Assembly: GCA_001643675.2 (NCBI GenBank)
Contig: LSRY02000024.1
Coordinates: 1,178,001 to 1,242,000, forward strand
From: Monocercomonoides exilis PA203
Taxonomy: Eukaryota > Protista > Preaxostyla
Direction: 5' to 3'
DNA: 64,000 nucleotides
Below, in pieces: positions 40,331-53,100 of this stretch (positions are counted from its first letter, which is position 1; every line of letters starts with the position of its first letter). Both the position numbers and the translations under genes were made by a program. Below the pieces are notes generated by a model. The model ran no database searches and was not told the DNA's origin. It saw nothing but the letters and a program-made list of their open reading frames with translations.

Positions 40331-41899
40331 TGAATAGTTTGTTTTTAATTTTTGTTTTTATTTTTACTTGAATTTTCTTATTAACAACTTTTGGCAGTTG
40401 GTGTAATTTTTCATTTGTTTCTATCATGTCTATTAAGCGAAAAATATGCTTTTCCTGTAATTTAAAGAATTATGCAATATATTTTTGAGAGTTAAAAAAC
40501 AATTGGAAAATACCCTTGGAAAATTGAATTAAGAGATGGTCAATCATATTATTGTTCATCACATTGAGCTGGATTTTTATCTATAATTAAAATTGTTGGA
40601 AATTCTTGTGAAACCAAAAACTGGTTCATTTGAAATGAAAAAATATTATTGTTTCAGTTTATTTGCACAGTGCCATTAACAAATTGAAATGTATTTCATT
40701 GACTTAGAAAGGCAAATGACAATTCATCAGCCTTTTTTTTTTTTTATAAGTGATGAAAGCAGTTGTTTTTCCATTAAAATTCTTGGTCGAACGAACAACA
40801 AATTTTATTAATTGAATTGTTTATTTCGATTTATCACCATGTAATTCTATCTATTTTTAATAATGACACTAAATGTTGTTCGTTTTGAGAGAATTGGTTT
40901 ATTGAAAAGGCTTAAAGTGTGATTATTTGTGAACATCACTTTCTGTATCTTGTTTCTCAAAGCGGTTTTTGATTTTTCAGAGAAAAAATTTTGTTTGAAT
41001 GAAAAGTCGCAACAAAGTTAACTAAATTTTGCTTGAGTCGTTCAAATAGAACTGGAAGAAGTGATTAAGCTTTCAAATGGTTTGAAAAAGAGAAAAAGAT
41101 CACTGTTAATAGCAAATCCTCATCAAAAAATGTTAGCTCATATATTGGTTGCAACATTTCTTTTCTCCAAACAGAAAGAAGAAAAACTTTAGCTATGAAC
41201 TAGCTTTTTGAAAGGCAAAGTCCAGAAAGCAAGAGAAAATTCTCTCTGAATTCTCCACTTATTAATGGTGATTATTTTATGAATGCAGCATAAATAAAAC
41301 TATTGTCATAATACGAGAGAACTAAAGGAAATGGTTTTGTGTGGGATAAAAAGCCATGCTCGAATTGAAAGTTGTTTTTTACAAGCGTGATGAAAGCTGT
41401 CTAAAGCTTCTATTTCACAGCAACGGAGAGAACGGAAAGATGGAGAAAATGAAGAATATTGCATCAGGAGATAAAAAGAGATGTTTTTGAAAAGAAAAAG
41501 TGTTGTAAATACAAAAGTCAAATAGAAGGCAAAAATTGAACGTTTTGTTAATAAATTGAAGAGGCGACTTCCAAAAAGAAGTTCTATTGAAACACTTTTT
41601 GAGAATAGCTATTTCGTGATTTTTTTATTTGAAGAAAGGAAGGAGCACTTCTAATTTTTGGCTTTTTATTCATCTGCAAGCTTCAATGCTCTTTTTCGTT
41701 CTGCTAATAAAGCTCTAAAGATTCTTACAAAGCCTTTAATTCATAAAAAGCAAAAAAAACAAAATATTTCAAATCAAATGATGTCAAGAAATGATAATTG
41801 TCAAGTAAATGTCATATTAAAATGATGAAATTATCCAGAATGTTAAATTAATTTCATTTTCACATACTGAACGGAATTGAAATCAAGTACATCGTTCCA

Positions 41900-42650
41900 A
41901 GAAAATGAGGATGTATCAACAGATTAAAAGAATTTGGCAAATAACTTCCTGATTTATCATATTTTATGCTTGAACGACACTAAACAATAAGTGAAAATCA
42001 ATTAATCGTTAAATTTGTAACAAAATTGTCAGCACAACAAACTGAAAGAATTGTAATTATTTCGAAAACAATTGTAAGTGGGTAAAGAATAATATCCTGA
42101 AAAGATCTTTTTTTTTAATTTATAAAACGAATTTTAATTTAAACAAGTAATTAATCACATAAATAAATATTTTTCACCAAAAAAGTGACAAATACCTAAA
42201 TAATTGTAACTTTTTAAAATTCCAATGTAATTCAATGAGGCTCTCGATACGAAAAGTTGTTTCTCTGCAAACCCAGCAGATCAAAAGGAATGGAGTCCAA
42301 AACCCAACGCAAGACTAACAGATAATTGAAAAGAAAAATTATTTTTGGTTTCAAGTTTGGTTTTTTTGAACTTATTTAAAATGCATTTAAAAGAGGCATA
42401 CTTTGTTCGCTGCAAAATAAATACCAAGAGTAATCACATTTCGCATGCAAGAACAGATTAAAAGATTTACCCAATTGCATTCAACATATCCGAAAGCAGA
42501 GAAAAGTACGTCAATTAATAAAAGAATATTCCCAAAATAACTAAAGTAAAGAGGTCTCCTATAATATTCATATTGATCGCTTGGTAATCTTATTTCTCTT
42601 ATAGTAAATGCAAATATAAATATCCTATTTCAATATGAAATAACAACAGT
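41900..42650 (+). pseudogene. Possible highly decayed Merlin/ISXO2-like transposase relic
   Basis: Manual translation with stops: K*GCINRLKEFGK*LPDLSYFMLERH*TISENQLIVKFVTKLSAQQTERIVIISKTIVSG*, later KEAYFVRC...KIYPIAFNISESREKYVN*. Spacing resembles the WRC...SFF...QT...ISKxTVxxW and IxPGxxIxSDxWxxY motifs, but the catalytic residues are not preserved. Confidence 0.3.
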
Positions 42651-43571
42651 TTAACAAATGAATAAAGAAAATATTAAGCAAGCCATATTACAAGAGCAGC
42701 TAAATTATGAGTAAATAATAAAAAATATCGAAGGTACGTATTACTATTTTTAGTGTCACTCTTGAAAAAATGTTGAATTAAAATCGATGAATTCAAAAAA
42801 CATGGATGTTGTCTTTTTAAAAAAATTATTCATAAGCACTTTTAAATATACCTTTATTATCATTTTTTATAATCTTTCTTTCTTTAAATTTTGTGGGGAA
42901 AAAATGTGTGTAACTACAGGAAAAGAAATTTTCTTTATTTGTTTTGCAAGTTACATTATTAAGGGTGATATTTTCATTTGTGAAAAAATTCTTGCTTTGA
43001 TGAAAAAAAGAACGATTTGTTCCAAACTTTTTCCACTTTCATGTCATAACAAGTCAAACATTATTATGCAAAAACACTAAAAGAATTTAAAAAATTGAGA
43101 GATTTGTTCGAAAATTCTGAATGGAACAAAATTCATAAATCAAAAAATATCGTCCCAATTTGGGAAGCAATATTTTGATCAATGAATTTTGTTCCAATAA
43201 ATTATTTCTTACATTTTACTCAATAAATTTTTTTTATTTTCTTTATTATTATGCACTGGAATATTAAACTTATTAAGAATCGATGGAGAAAATTTTTGAA
43301 ACAAAGCGCAGTTTTATTCATAAATGCTCAAATTTTTCAATTTTTTTGGAAAATATAAAAATGAAACAAATAAAACAGATAAATAATAACAATTTATTAA
43401 AACAAATCACCTTAAATCTTCGTCTCAATGAATTATTCATTTTCTTTTCTATTCCACAAAATTGTGGAAAATTTCTCGTTCAACATTTTTTTCTATTTTT
43501 TTTTTTATGTTTTCCTTAACCGTCCTTTTTTTTCAAAATATAAATATTTGATTCTTAAAATATTCAGCCTT

Positions 43572-44783
43572 TCAACATTCCTCTCCAGCAGCATTTTTCC
43601 TGTTACTATCTTCTCTTTCTTCTTCTAATGCTGAAATGGTTGTAAGAAGCAGTTGTGAGGTAATTTTCATTCCATCATTTTCATTCAAAATGTGAGCCTG
43701 CTCATTCTCCAAAGAATTACTGTTTTTTTCTTCTTCTTTTTCTTCTTCTTTTTCTTCAACTTTTTCTTCAGCTTTTTCTTCAGCTTTTTTTGGAAAATCT
43801 TCTGTTTGAGTTTGAATCTCACCAATTTCTTCTTTTTCTGCGACAGCTACCTCATTATTTTTTGATTCTTTTTCATTTTCTTTTTCATCTAATTTTTCAT
43901 TCATTTCATCTTCTTCACATTCTTTATCAACTTTACTCTCAATAGATTTTTTTATTGATAATTCCTCGTTTTGTTCAATTGTAGAAGCACGTTTTTCTCT
44001 ATCAATATCATCTATCCCCTCAACTTTAGATTGCTCTTTTATTTGGTCGTTGTGCATTTTCACATCGGAATTTTTCTTGGTAATGTACTGTGAATCATCC
44101 ATTGGCATATATTCAAAAGTTTTTTTGTCTTTGTATCCCTGACTTTCTTGTGAATCTTCAATTGAAGATATGCTATCATTGTCATCTTTCGTAATAAGTT
44201 CTATTTCTTTTTTAAGTTGAATGTGATTGTCGGATGTTTGAAATTCATTATCCATTACTTGTTGTGTTTGTTGATGTTCCATGTCAAATAAGCCTGGCTG
44301 CTTGACTTTTTTGTTTCCTGGCCTTGTTTTATAATCTAACTCTTTAAGAAGTTTTCTAGAATCATAAGGAATGTGAATGGGGATTGTAAATCCTTCACAT
44401 TTGCGAAGAGATAATTGCTTTTCTGTTGAAGATCTTTTCCTTGGGGATATACGAGGAGAAGTTGCTCTTTTATTAGTTTTTGTAAGTGTTGATAAAGCAG
44501 GAGATAATTGTTTCTGTTCTTTATGATTGCTTCTTAATTTTCGCTCATTTGATTTATTGTGAGTATATACTTTTGGTTGAAATGAATCGCTTCTTTCCTT
44601 GCTTTTATTTCGACAATCCGTTTGGTGAATAGATTTTTTATTCTTATAAGGTGATAGATTATCAATTTGCCTGCTTCTCAATTTGCAATGTGGAGAAGAA
44701 TGCTTACGCTTTTGTAATTCAGATTTTGAAGCACTAAAATTCGCTGCATCACCTTTTATCTCAATTGTTTTTTGATCATTCAT
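43572..44783 (-). CDS. Hypothetical low-complexity protein (403 aa; basic N-half, Glu/Lys-rich C-half)
   Basis: ATG-started 403-aa ORF with host-like charged composition. No recognisable domain. Confidence 0.7.
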   Translation of the reverse strand: MNDQKTIEIKGDAANFSASKSELQKRKHSSPHCKLRSRQIDNLSPYKNKKSIHQTDCRNKSKERSDSFQPKVYTHNKSNERKLRSNHKEQKQLSPALSTLTKTNKRATSPRISPRKRSSTEKQLSLRKCEGFTIPIHIPYDSRKLLKELDYKTRPGNKKVKQPGLFDMEHQQTQQVMDNEFQTSDNHIQLKKEIELITKDDNDSISSIEDSQESQGYKDKKTFEYMPMDDSQYITKKNSDVKMHNDQIKEQSKVEGIDDIDREKRASTIEQNEELSIKKSIESKVDKECEEDEMNEKLDEKENEKESKNNEVAVAEKEEIGEIQTQTEDFPKKAEEKAEEKVEEKEEEKEEEKNSNSLENEQAHILNENDGMKITSQLLLTTISALEEEREDSNRKNAAGEEC

Positions 44784-44987
44784 TTCTTGTGGGTTTTAAA
44801 AACATTCTCTCAAATAACAATAAAAAAATGTCCAACAAGATATTACTGTTTCAAATTGTAAATGAACTCTTCAAAATTGAATTGAATGATTTAAATTATA
44901 TATTCGATCAAAATTTAAATTTTTGAATTGTGTTATTTCTTTTCAAATCCCAACTTAATTACTTGATTGACACGTTTATTACATTTA
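44784..44987. promoter_or_regulatory. Short AT-rich divergent intergenic region (probable bidirectional promoter)
   Basis: Only 204 nt between head-to-head ATGs at 44783 (-) and 44988 (+). Confidence 0.45.
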
Positions 44988-47340
44988 ATGACTCAAAATT
45001 ATTCTATTGAAGATTGCGAGAACTGTGTCATGCCAGAATCACATTTTAATGTTGAGTTTTCAAAAGAAAGAACACAATTATCCGATGGTGAAAACGCAAC
45101 CAAGAAATCTCAAAAATTATTAATGAATCAAACATCTGTACCATCAAAAAGAACTGTTTCATTTAAACAACAAACAACAATAAAGAGACATATTCCATCC
45201 ATTACAATACCAGCAGGTAATCCAGAATTCGGATCTTTAAGTCAGCCACAAACACCAAACAGCCGTTCTCAATCTAATTCCCCAGCTCAAACTCCGACGA
45301 AAAGTTTTTCAACTACATTTTCTTCTCCTTCAACGCCACGGAGTTATTCGTCAACTACAAACTCATCTCAACGGACTCCAACATCTGGACGCAGAACTCT
45401 CACAAAGCAAAAAAGTACACCAACTCTCATTCAACCACCATTTAAAACTCCTCACTTTGTGCAACCAGGTAAGCAAGTGTTTCTTGATGGTTGGGATCTT
45501 CCTCTTCCAGATCCTCATCCATTAAGTCCATCTCATTCGACATCAATTTGCTTTACACCGCCTGTATCTCCGGGTTCTCCAAATCCTTCAAATGCATCAT
45601 CAACTAAACCAATCCCTACACTTAAAGAAGAATTGAAAACACTTAAATCTGAGGTGGATATACAAAAAAAAGCAATGAAAGATTTAGAGGAAAAACTTTC
45701 GGAGTACAAAGAAAAAATTAGTCAAACAGAAGAACAATTGCGAACTGAAAAAGAAAAAACTTCAATGATGGTTGACAAAAAGGAATCTGAATGGAAAAGC
45801 GCATTAGAAAAAGAGGTTACAAAAGCGCAAATTGAGCTTCAAAGAAAGGACGATGAATGCGAGGCGAAAATTCGGGAACTAAATGAAGCAAATAAAGTGC
45901 TAAAATGTGAGTTGGATCAAGCGAGGCAAAAATATGAAGAGCAAGAAGTCAAACAGAGGTTATTGGAAAATGAATGGGGAGAAGAAGTGGATCGTCAAAA
46001 AGAGATCATTTCCTGCCTGGAAAATAAAATATGTGTATTGGAAAAGAGTTTAAGTGTGATGAAAGAGCAAATGGACGAGCTGAGAAAGATTGCAAAAGAC
46101 AATGAAAATGAAATTAAAGAAAAGGAGATCGAAATTGAGACATTGAAAAATACTGAGAAAAAACAAGAAAAAGAAATTGAAAAAGAATCCAATCTCAACA
46201 CAATTAAAAATTTAGAAATTCAATGGGTACAAGATAAGTGCAAGATGATTGAACAGTTCGAGTATAATCGCATCCAAAATGAAAAGAAAATACAAAATGA
46301 AAAGGATATTTTAGAAAGAAAATATAAAAATGAGTTGAGTCTAAAAGAACGGCATTGGAATGAAGAAATGGAAAAACTTAGAAAAGATCTGTGTGAAACA
46401 AAAGGGAAAATGCAAAAGGAAATAGATTCTACAAAAATGGCTGCAAGCGTTGTGCAGTCATGGATGAATAGTGAAATAGAAGAAGTGAAAAGCGATCAAA
46501 ATGAAAAAGAAGAGCAGATCGTGTGTTTAATGAAAGAAAACGAAGAGTTGAGGAGAAAAATGGAGGAAATGAAGGAAATGACAGAAAAGAAGATGGCTAA
46601 AGAGGAAATTTTCAGCTTTGAAAGAAAAGAAGAACGTGAAGAACTCAAAGAATCAATTAAAGATGAGATTGAAAAAGAATTGACGCAATCATTCGAAAAA
46701 CAAGAAGAAATAAAGATGAGTAAGATGATGCAAACAATAAATGATATAGAAAGTGAAAAAAAAGAAATTGAAATTCGGTTGCAGACAATTATTGATAGTG
46801 AAAGAGAGAAAGAAGAGAAAATAAAAGAAAAGGAGAAGGAAATTGAAGAGATACAAAGAGAAGTAAAGAATTCTCAAACAGTACTTTTTTCGCAATTGGC
46901 TGATCTGATGAGCTCCACAAATCCTGACACTATCAAACAAATGATAATTAAAGAGGCATTTCATCGATATTCAATGAGAAGGGAAGTGTGTTATCTGTTT
47001 TCGATAAAAGTTTCTTTCATTTCTTTTTTTCTACATTTTATTTATTTACGGAAAAATTTTATATGTTTTATTAATAAAGCTTACTGGGAAGGCTCATTCC
47101 ACAAAGATTGAAGAAATTGATGATTGGATAGAAGCAGAACTTTCCGTTTACGAGCATTTGCTTCATGTTGCTTCAATGATAAAGTCGCTGCTTAACCCTA
47201 ATATCAATTTTGATGAGATCTTTGAAGAAGAGATTAAGACAAATCTTTCAAACAGCAAGCTCAGTCTAATTGAGGTTTTGAAGGGTATGTTAGAAAAAGA
47301 AAGAAGAGAATTAGCTCAACTTATATGCAGGCCAAACTAA
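44988..47340 (+). CDS. Hypothetical protein, Ser/Thr/Pro-rich N-terminus plus long coiled coil; exons 44988-46985 and 47080-47340 (about 752 aa)
   Basis: First ATG of the 44967 ORF is at 44988. Intron GAA|GTGTGT...AATAAAG|CTT (46986-47079, 94 nt, phase 0) joins it in frame to the 47158-47340 ORF. Heptad-like E/K/L region over about 450 aa. Confidence 0.8.
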
Positions 47341-47873
47341 ATTCAAATTTATGTTCATTCAATTCTGGCACAAAACTTTCACATTTGAATAAAGAAAAAA
47401 TCCTCTTTTTCACTTCACGTGTTTTTGAATATTTATTCCAGTTTTTTGTTCCTTGATGTTATCACTCATTCTGTAAGTCAAATAGCTTTTTTGATAACGG
47501 TTTTTTTTAAAAGTTATAATTTGAAATTTTGAAATTTATATTGTTCTTTTAAATTTCTCAAGTCTAAATCATTTCAACACTTCACCTAAATGATGTTTTT
47601 TTGTTAATTATTCATTCATTTTATCAACTTGCGAAGCAACATTGTTATTTGTCATGTTTTTAATAATTTAATGAGTCAATTGAAAACGTTTTTTGCTAAT
47701 TTTTTGAAAGAATTTTGTTCAAGCATTCTCAATAAATACTTGAGATGATGCATTAGAAATGATGTTATTATTTGAATATCGATTTTTTATTTATTGAATT
47801 TTTCGCTTTCCTTCAAGCGTTGGAACAGTTACTTACAAATCCAATGTCAAAGTTAATTTATCAGAAATACATG

Positions 47874-47874
<1 letters not shown>

Positions 47875-47932
<58 letters not shown>
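47875..47932. repeat. Poly-T homopolymer (58 nt)
   Basis: Uninterrupted T run. Confidence 0.95.
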
Positions 47933-47934
<2 letters not shown>

Positions 47935-50169
47935 CATTCTCTATTAAAGATCATCAATTTGGAGAGAGAGAAAGAGAAATATATGAAACTTATTATCAAT
48001 TTTTGGTAAAGTGAAACTTATTGGGTCCGAAAATTTTCGAAAAGATCAATTTCAATTAACTTTAAAAAAACTCGAACTTTTTTAATTTGTTTTGAAAATG
48101 AAAACATAGATACAATAACATTCGAATTTGTGGTGAATTTCAATTTCATTTCAAAAAATTGAACCATGATATTAAAAAATTGATAGAAACAAAAAAATTG
48201 TTTTTATTCTTCAAACTATTTCCTTCAATATTCCCTTTAATCAAAAAAACCTTTAGTGAAATTGTTGTTACTAACAGAATCCGAAGATTTTTCATCACCT
48301 TAAAGGTTTTCTTTTCGTTATCAACAAATAATTCTTGAATAAATCTGTTCCACTTTTTGAGTGAAAATGAATAAAATTTTTGTTCTGATGGAATTATTCA
48401 CAAAGCATCATAATTTTTCAAAACAAAAAACTTTGTTTGAAGTATGATATAACTCGAATGTGTCAAATTAAGTGAAATATTCATGTAACAGCAAAGAAAA
48501 AATCATGTGTGAATATGTTTCATCTTACCAAAAACATTGTTTCATTGATCGTCACAACATGTGATTTTTCTTTCTTTCTTTCTTTCTTGAAATGAGAGAA
48601 AAATATTTTCCAATCAAGAACTTCAATTTTCGCGATTTTTTTTAGTAGTTTATTCAAGATTATAAAAATCTTCATGAATATCTATCAGAAGTGTTTCATC
48701 TTTTGAAAGATATGAATATCCAAATAGCAATAAAATAACAGATATTCAAGTCAAAACTGGATGTTATCACATCTGGTTTTGAACAACATTTTGTGAAAAA
48801 ACCCGATTGTTACTATGTGAGATGTTGCTTTTGACAGGAAAAAAATCAAAAAGATAAACGAGATAGACAAATTTTGGTTAAATAATTTTTCTGAAATTCT
48901 TCACAAAAACACATTTTTTTTATTAATAACAATTTTTTGTGTTTTATTATGCAATTCAGATTTATGAGAATTCATTTTTGAAGAATCGAAAAAACAAAAT
49001 CATGAACAAAAAATCGATTTTTTTTTTTTGAAAAAACAAACCATAGAAGAATGATATGTGATTATGAATATTCACTGCTCATCAGAATTATGTGATCCTA
49101 ATGATGCTTCATTATTCCTTTTTATAATGAATGCAAAAGTCGAAAGCAAAAATATGTCGATCAGAAAATTACAAAATTATATTAAAGATTTATCGGTTTT
49201 GTTTTTAAAAAAAGACTTGATAAGTGAAAAAAAAAGTTCATTTTCATATTTGGCAGGAAATTATTTTCAAAAAAATGGGTAATTCTTTTTGGGATCATAC
49301 TTTTTCTGTCAAAATTTTCGGTCTGATTTTTTTCGGTTCGAAAGTTATCAACATGTGAAGAATATGAACGGAAAACATCTAAAAATCAATAATGCTTAAA
49401 TCTCTCGTGAAACTCTTCGAAATCCTTTATTTTTAACTTGAATGGTCGCATTTTATCATAATTTTGAAACATTGACATCGTTTTTTTTCATTCAGTTTCT
49501 ATTATTCTTGAATAACAAATGTTATCATGATAATATTTTACAACATGTCACAAAATTCATTTGGTAGACAATTTTTCAGATTTAAAAAGTTATGTTTTTT
49601 GATCTCGTAAGGATTTCAATTGCTGATTGTAGGTGAATTAGAGTTTTTTCTTTTTGATCCATCTTGAAAATAGATGTTTATAAAATTTACAATGAATGTT
49701 TTGATTCTTTTTCGAGAAAATTAAATATAAAGATACGTTTATAAAATTTTATTCAATCAGAAATTTTCAAATCTCAGAATTGATATCAACGTTTCGTATA
49801 AGCTTATACATCTCACAAAAATTTAAAGCAAAAAAAGCATTTTTATAATTGGTTGTTTGTAATTTGTTTTTTCAAAAAAGTTTAATTTATTTTTGGATTT
49901 TTTGAATTCGTTTTTTTGTTGCAATATTCTCAAAAAATATAACTTCTGCATATAAGTATTACAACGATCGGTGAATTTTCAGAGGGAAATATTTCATGTT
50001 GTCAATAACAATTTTGAAAATTTTTAATAATACGATGAAGAATATTTAGCCGGATGGAGTAAGTGAATTGAGCATTTGAAAGAGTTCCAGAATAGTTAAA
50101 AATAAAATTGAAGAAGATATTGTTATTGAGTGGAGTGTATTTGAAGAAGTCACCCAGAAAACATCAAAA

Positions 50170-53100
50170 AATGTGAAGCGCAACCAGCGTGAGCATTAAC
50201 CCGCTTGAGTCTCCGTCTTCTGCATTCAACCATCTAGACTCGTTCATCAGCGCTACCCTACCATCTTTGAAATCTGTTCGAACGAACGGATCGGGTGTCT
50301 CGACTTTTTCTTCTTCTCGAACATTTTGCACTCGGCTGGTGATGTTGTATTCCACACCTATGGCAACATCTTTTTTCCAATGGCAAGCTTGCTTCCTCTT
50401 TATCACCAGCCACACCTTCTGCTTCCACCCTCACCCGGTGCAGTCCCTCTCGGCTGCAGCACACATGCCGCCCCCGCATCGCCACCAACGCCGGATAGTG
50501 CACAAACCCCCCACTCTCCGGGAAATAGAACGCAGACTAAATAGTATGCGTTCCATACACCTCCAGGACAATGCTCTGTGTTATTGTCGAACTGCCCCTT
50601 TTCAAATCAATCGATCTTCCCGGAACTTGAATCAGCACCTCCACAGACATCTGCATTGCCTTCGTGTTCGTCAGCACTTCATCGCGCACATACACTTGCA
50701 TGGCTTGAATCTTAATCCGCTTCTCATAATTTTGCCTCCTTTCTCTGTTCCTGATTCACCTCCAATTTTTCGCTCACGTCATACACAAACTCCTGCACAA
50801 CCACCTGCTTCATCTCCACTCGTTTCCCCAAGTCACTCAACTACATCCCTTGTTTCCTCACTTGTCTCTCTTATTCTCTTTCCCTTTCGTTTTATCCTTC
50901 TCCTTCTCCTTCTCCTTCTTCAATTCCTTCTTTTCCCCCCTCAAATTCCTCCATCTCCTTCACAAACAGCACTGCGGCTGTGTCGTACTCCTAATAGACT
51001 CTCTCGCCCTTCCTCCCCTCATCTCAGTCGCCTTCTCCACGCAAACAGGATGCACACAAACATCCTTCAGCGCAGCTGCAAACGCCGCTGATGTAAACGA
51101 ATCGGTGCATTCAATCACATTCGCTGACACAAAAGGAACAGACTTCCCACACTCACGCGTATCTCTGCCCACCCACTACCCGGCACACACAAACAGATAT
51201 CGCGCATAGTCTAGGAAGATATGGTTCCACTCAACCAGTACAGAATGAGATGACGGCACACGATGATATTAATTCTCTCTGTATTCCTTCATGTTCTCCA
51301 CCTGCTGGAACTTCGCAACTGGCTTTTTCTCTTCTTCTTTCCAGGAACAAAGCTCATCATCTCCAAAAGAGTCGCAAGAAACACAAGAAGCAGAAGTGAA
51401 ATCATTTCGCAAATACTCTGATTCCATCTGCATTCCCATAGGCATCGCCATCTGAGGACTTGAAGGAATTTCCTTTGAGAAAGAGCTACAAAAACAATTT
51501 GCTTAACGAGGCATCGCGCAAGCGTTGCTTATCCTCTGCCATGCATTCGACTACATCTATATTCTCGGCCTCTACCCTAACCCTGCCTCCGCCACTGCCC
51601 TAGCCATCCCGACCATCTGCATTGCCATTCTCGCTCCAGGCCTCTATCTTTTCTCCATCTGCCCCATCTGCTCTTGAACATCCGTTGAACCCCCCCAGCA
51701 GACGCGGCATCAGCTTCAGCTCTTCGTTGTTCCGGACGAAGCACTCGCTCATCGTGCGCATGTCACTCAGCTGCACATCGTTGAAGATAATCTTCTGCAT
51801 ATCAGGAAGAATCCCTTCTTTCTTCTGCACAAGCTCCTTCAACTACGCAACCGTCATCTCCTTCGTCACACTTACTCAAATCACCTTCACTTCCATCGTT
51901 CTGATTAGTCCTTTCATCTTGTGACAAATCCCCTCCCTCGTTGAATGCTCACCCCGATGCTCCTTTCACACTGCTCTTTCTTCCTCTTTCTTCTTCTTCT
52001 TCTTCTGCCTCAAAGAAACCCCCAACATCCAGTCCAGATCGAAGCACTGTCTCAAAAACCTTCTCCTCTTCTTTCTTGTCTATCAGCTGCAACCTCAGCT
52101 GATTTTCCACTTTCTCCACCGGCGCCACACACCTCCTCAAACTCCTCTCCAGCAATTCTTCTCCTTCTCTTCTTTCTCCTTTTCTTCTTACTTTTTCTCT
52201 TGCTCTTCGTTTTCATCAATTGCTTCACAATATCTTCTTTTCAACACTTTCTTTCAGTATCAGCTCCGAGTGCATCTTCTGCAAAACATTCTTCTTCGAA
52301 TCAAACACATTCATTAGCCTCATTTCCCTCAATCATCCTTCTCTTTTGTCTCCTTCTCTTCCCTCCGTTTTCCTTCTCCCACGGCACAGATTCAAATCTA
52401 CTCAAACCTTTTTCGCCACTATATACTCATCGTCTGTCGCCACCACTGTCACAGTGCTCTGCCCTTTCCCTGCAATCACTTCCTTCAGGATAACTGCAAC
52501 CCTCCTCTTTCCTTCCTACGGCGCTTCATTCAGTACAACTGCAGTTGTGACCCCCAAAAAGTTGATGTTCTTCCAGTCTGAAACGCTTATCCTCCAGTTC
52601 TGCGCTATTCCCATTCCCTCTCCTATCACAACGTTCATCATCATCATCTTCTTCTTCTTCCTCGCCATCGTGTCTACCATCATCTCTCCGCTTGCTGCTC
52701 CTGCGCAGATTGCATCCCCTGAAAATGCACTCGCCTCCTTCCTCCAAGTCTCCTGCGTCACAACCCCGTGCATCAGCACAGAAGGCGCATCCAGTTCGTT
52801 CCCCAGCCGCTCTGCTGCCGTTTGTCTTCGCTGGATGTATTCTTGCTCTGTGCTCAGCCTCTTGTCCGACGTGTTGAACGACCTCACCACCTTTGCTGTT
52901 TGCACCTCGGCCTGCATCCCCTCTCTCAGCCCCGTCAGCTGCGTCTCTGTATCAAACACCTGCACAAGCACACTCCCAAACACATGCACACGCGCAATCG
53001 CTATGCAATTGCTCAGAATCACCTCCACTTTCCCTGCTTCCGCTCCTTCTCTCATCTGCCTAACTCCCACAATCACAACTGCAGCATCACCTCATCGTCA

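Noticed and set aside
50189-51091. 300-aa plus-strand ORF
   Set aside because: Same antisense shadow effect; GTG start.
174-51880. Alternative genetic code (TAA/TAG = Gln, as in some metamonads) to explain the stops in the Merlin and Ubl frames
   Set aside because: The 31 kb UBR4 exon has no in-frame TAA/TAG, genes here end in TAA, and the Ubl also contains TGA. These are true lesions.
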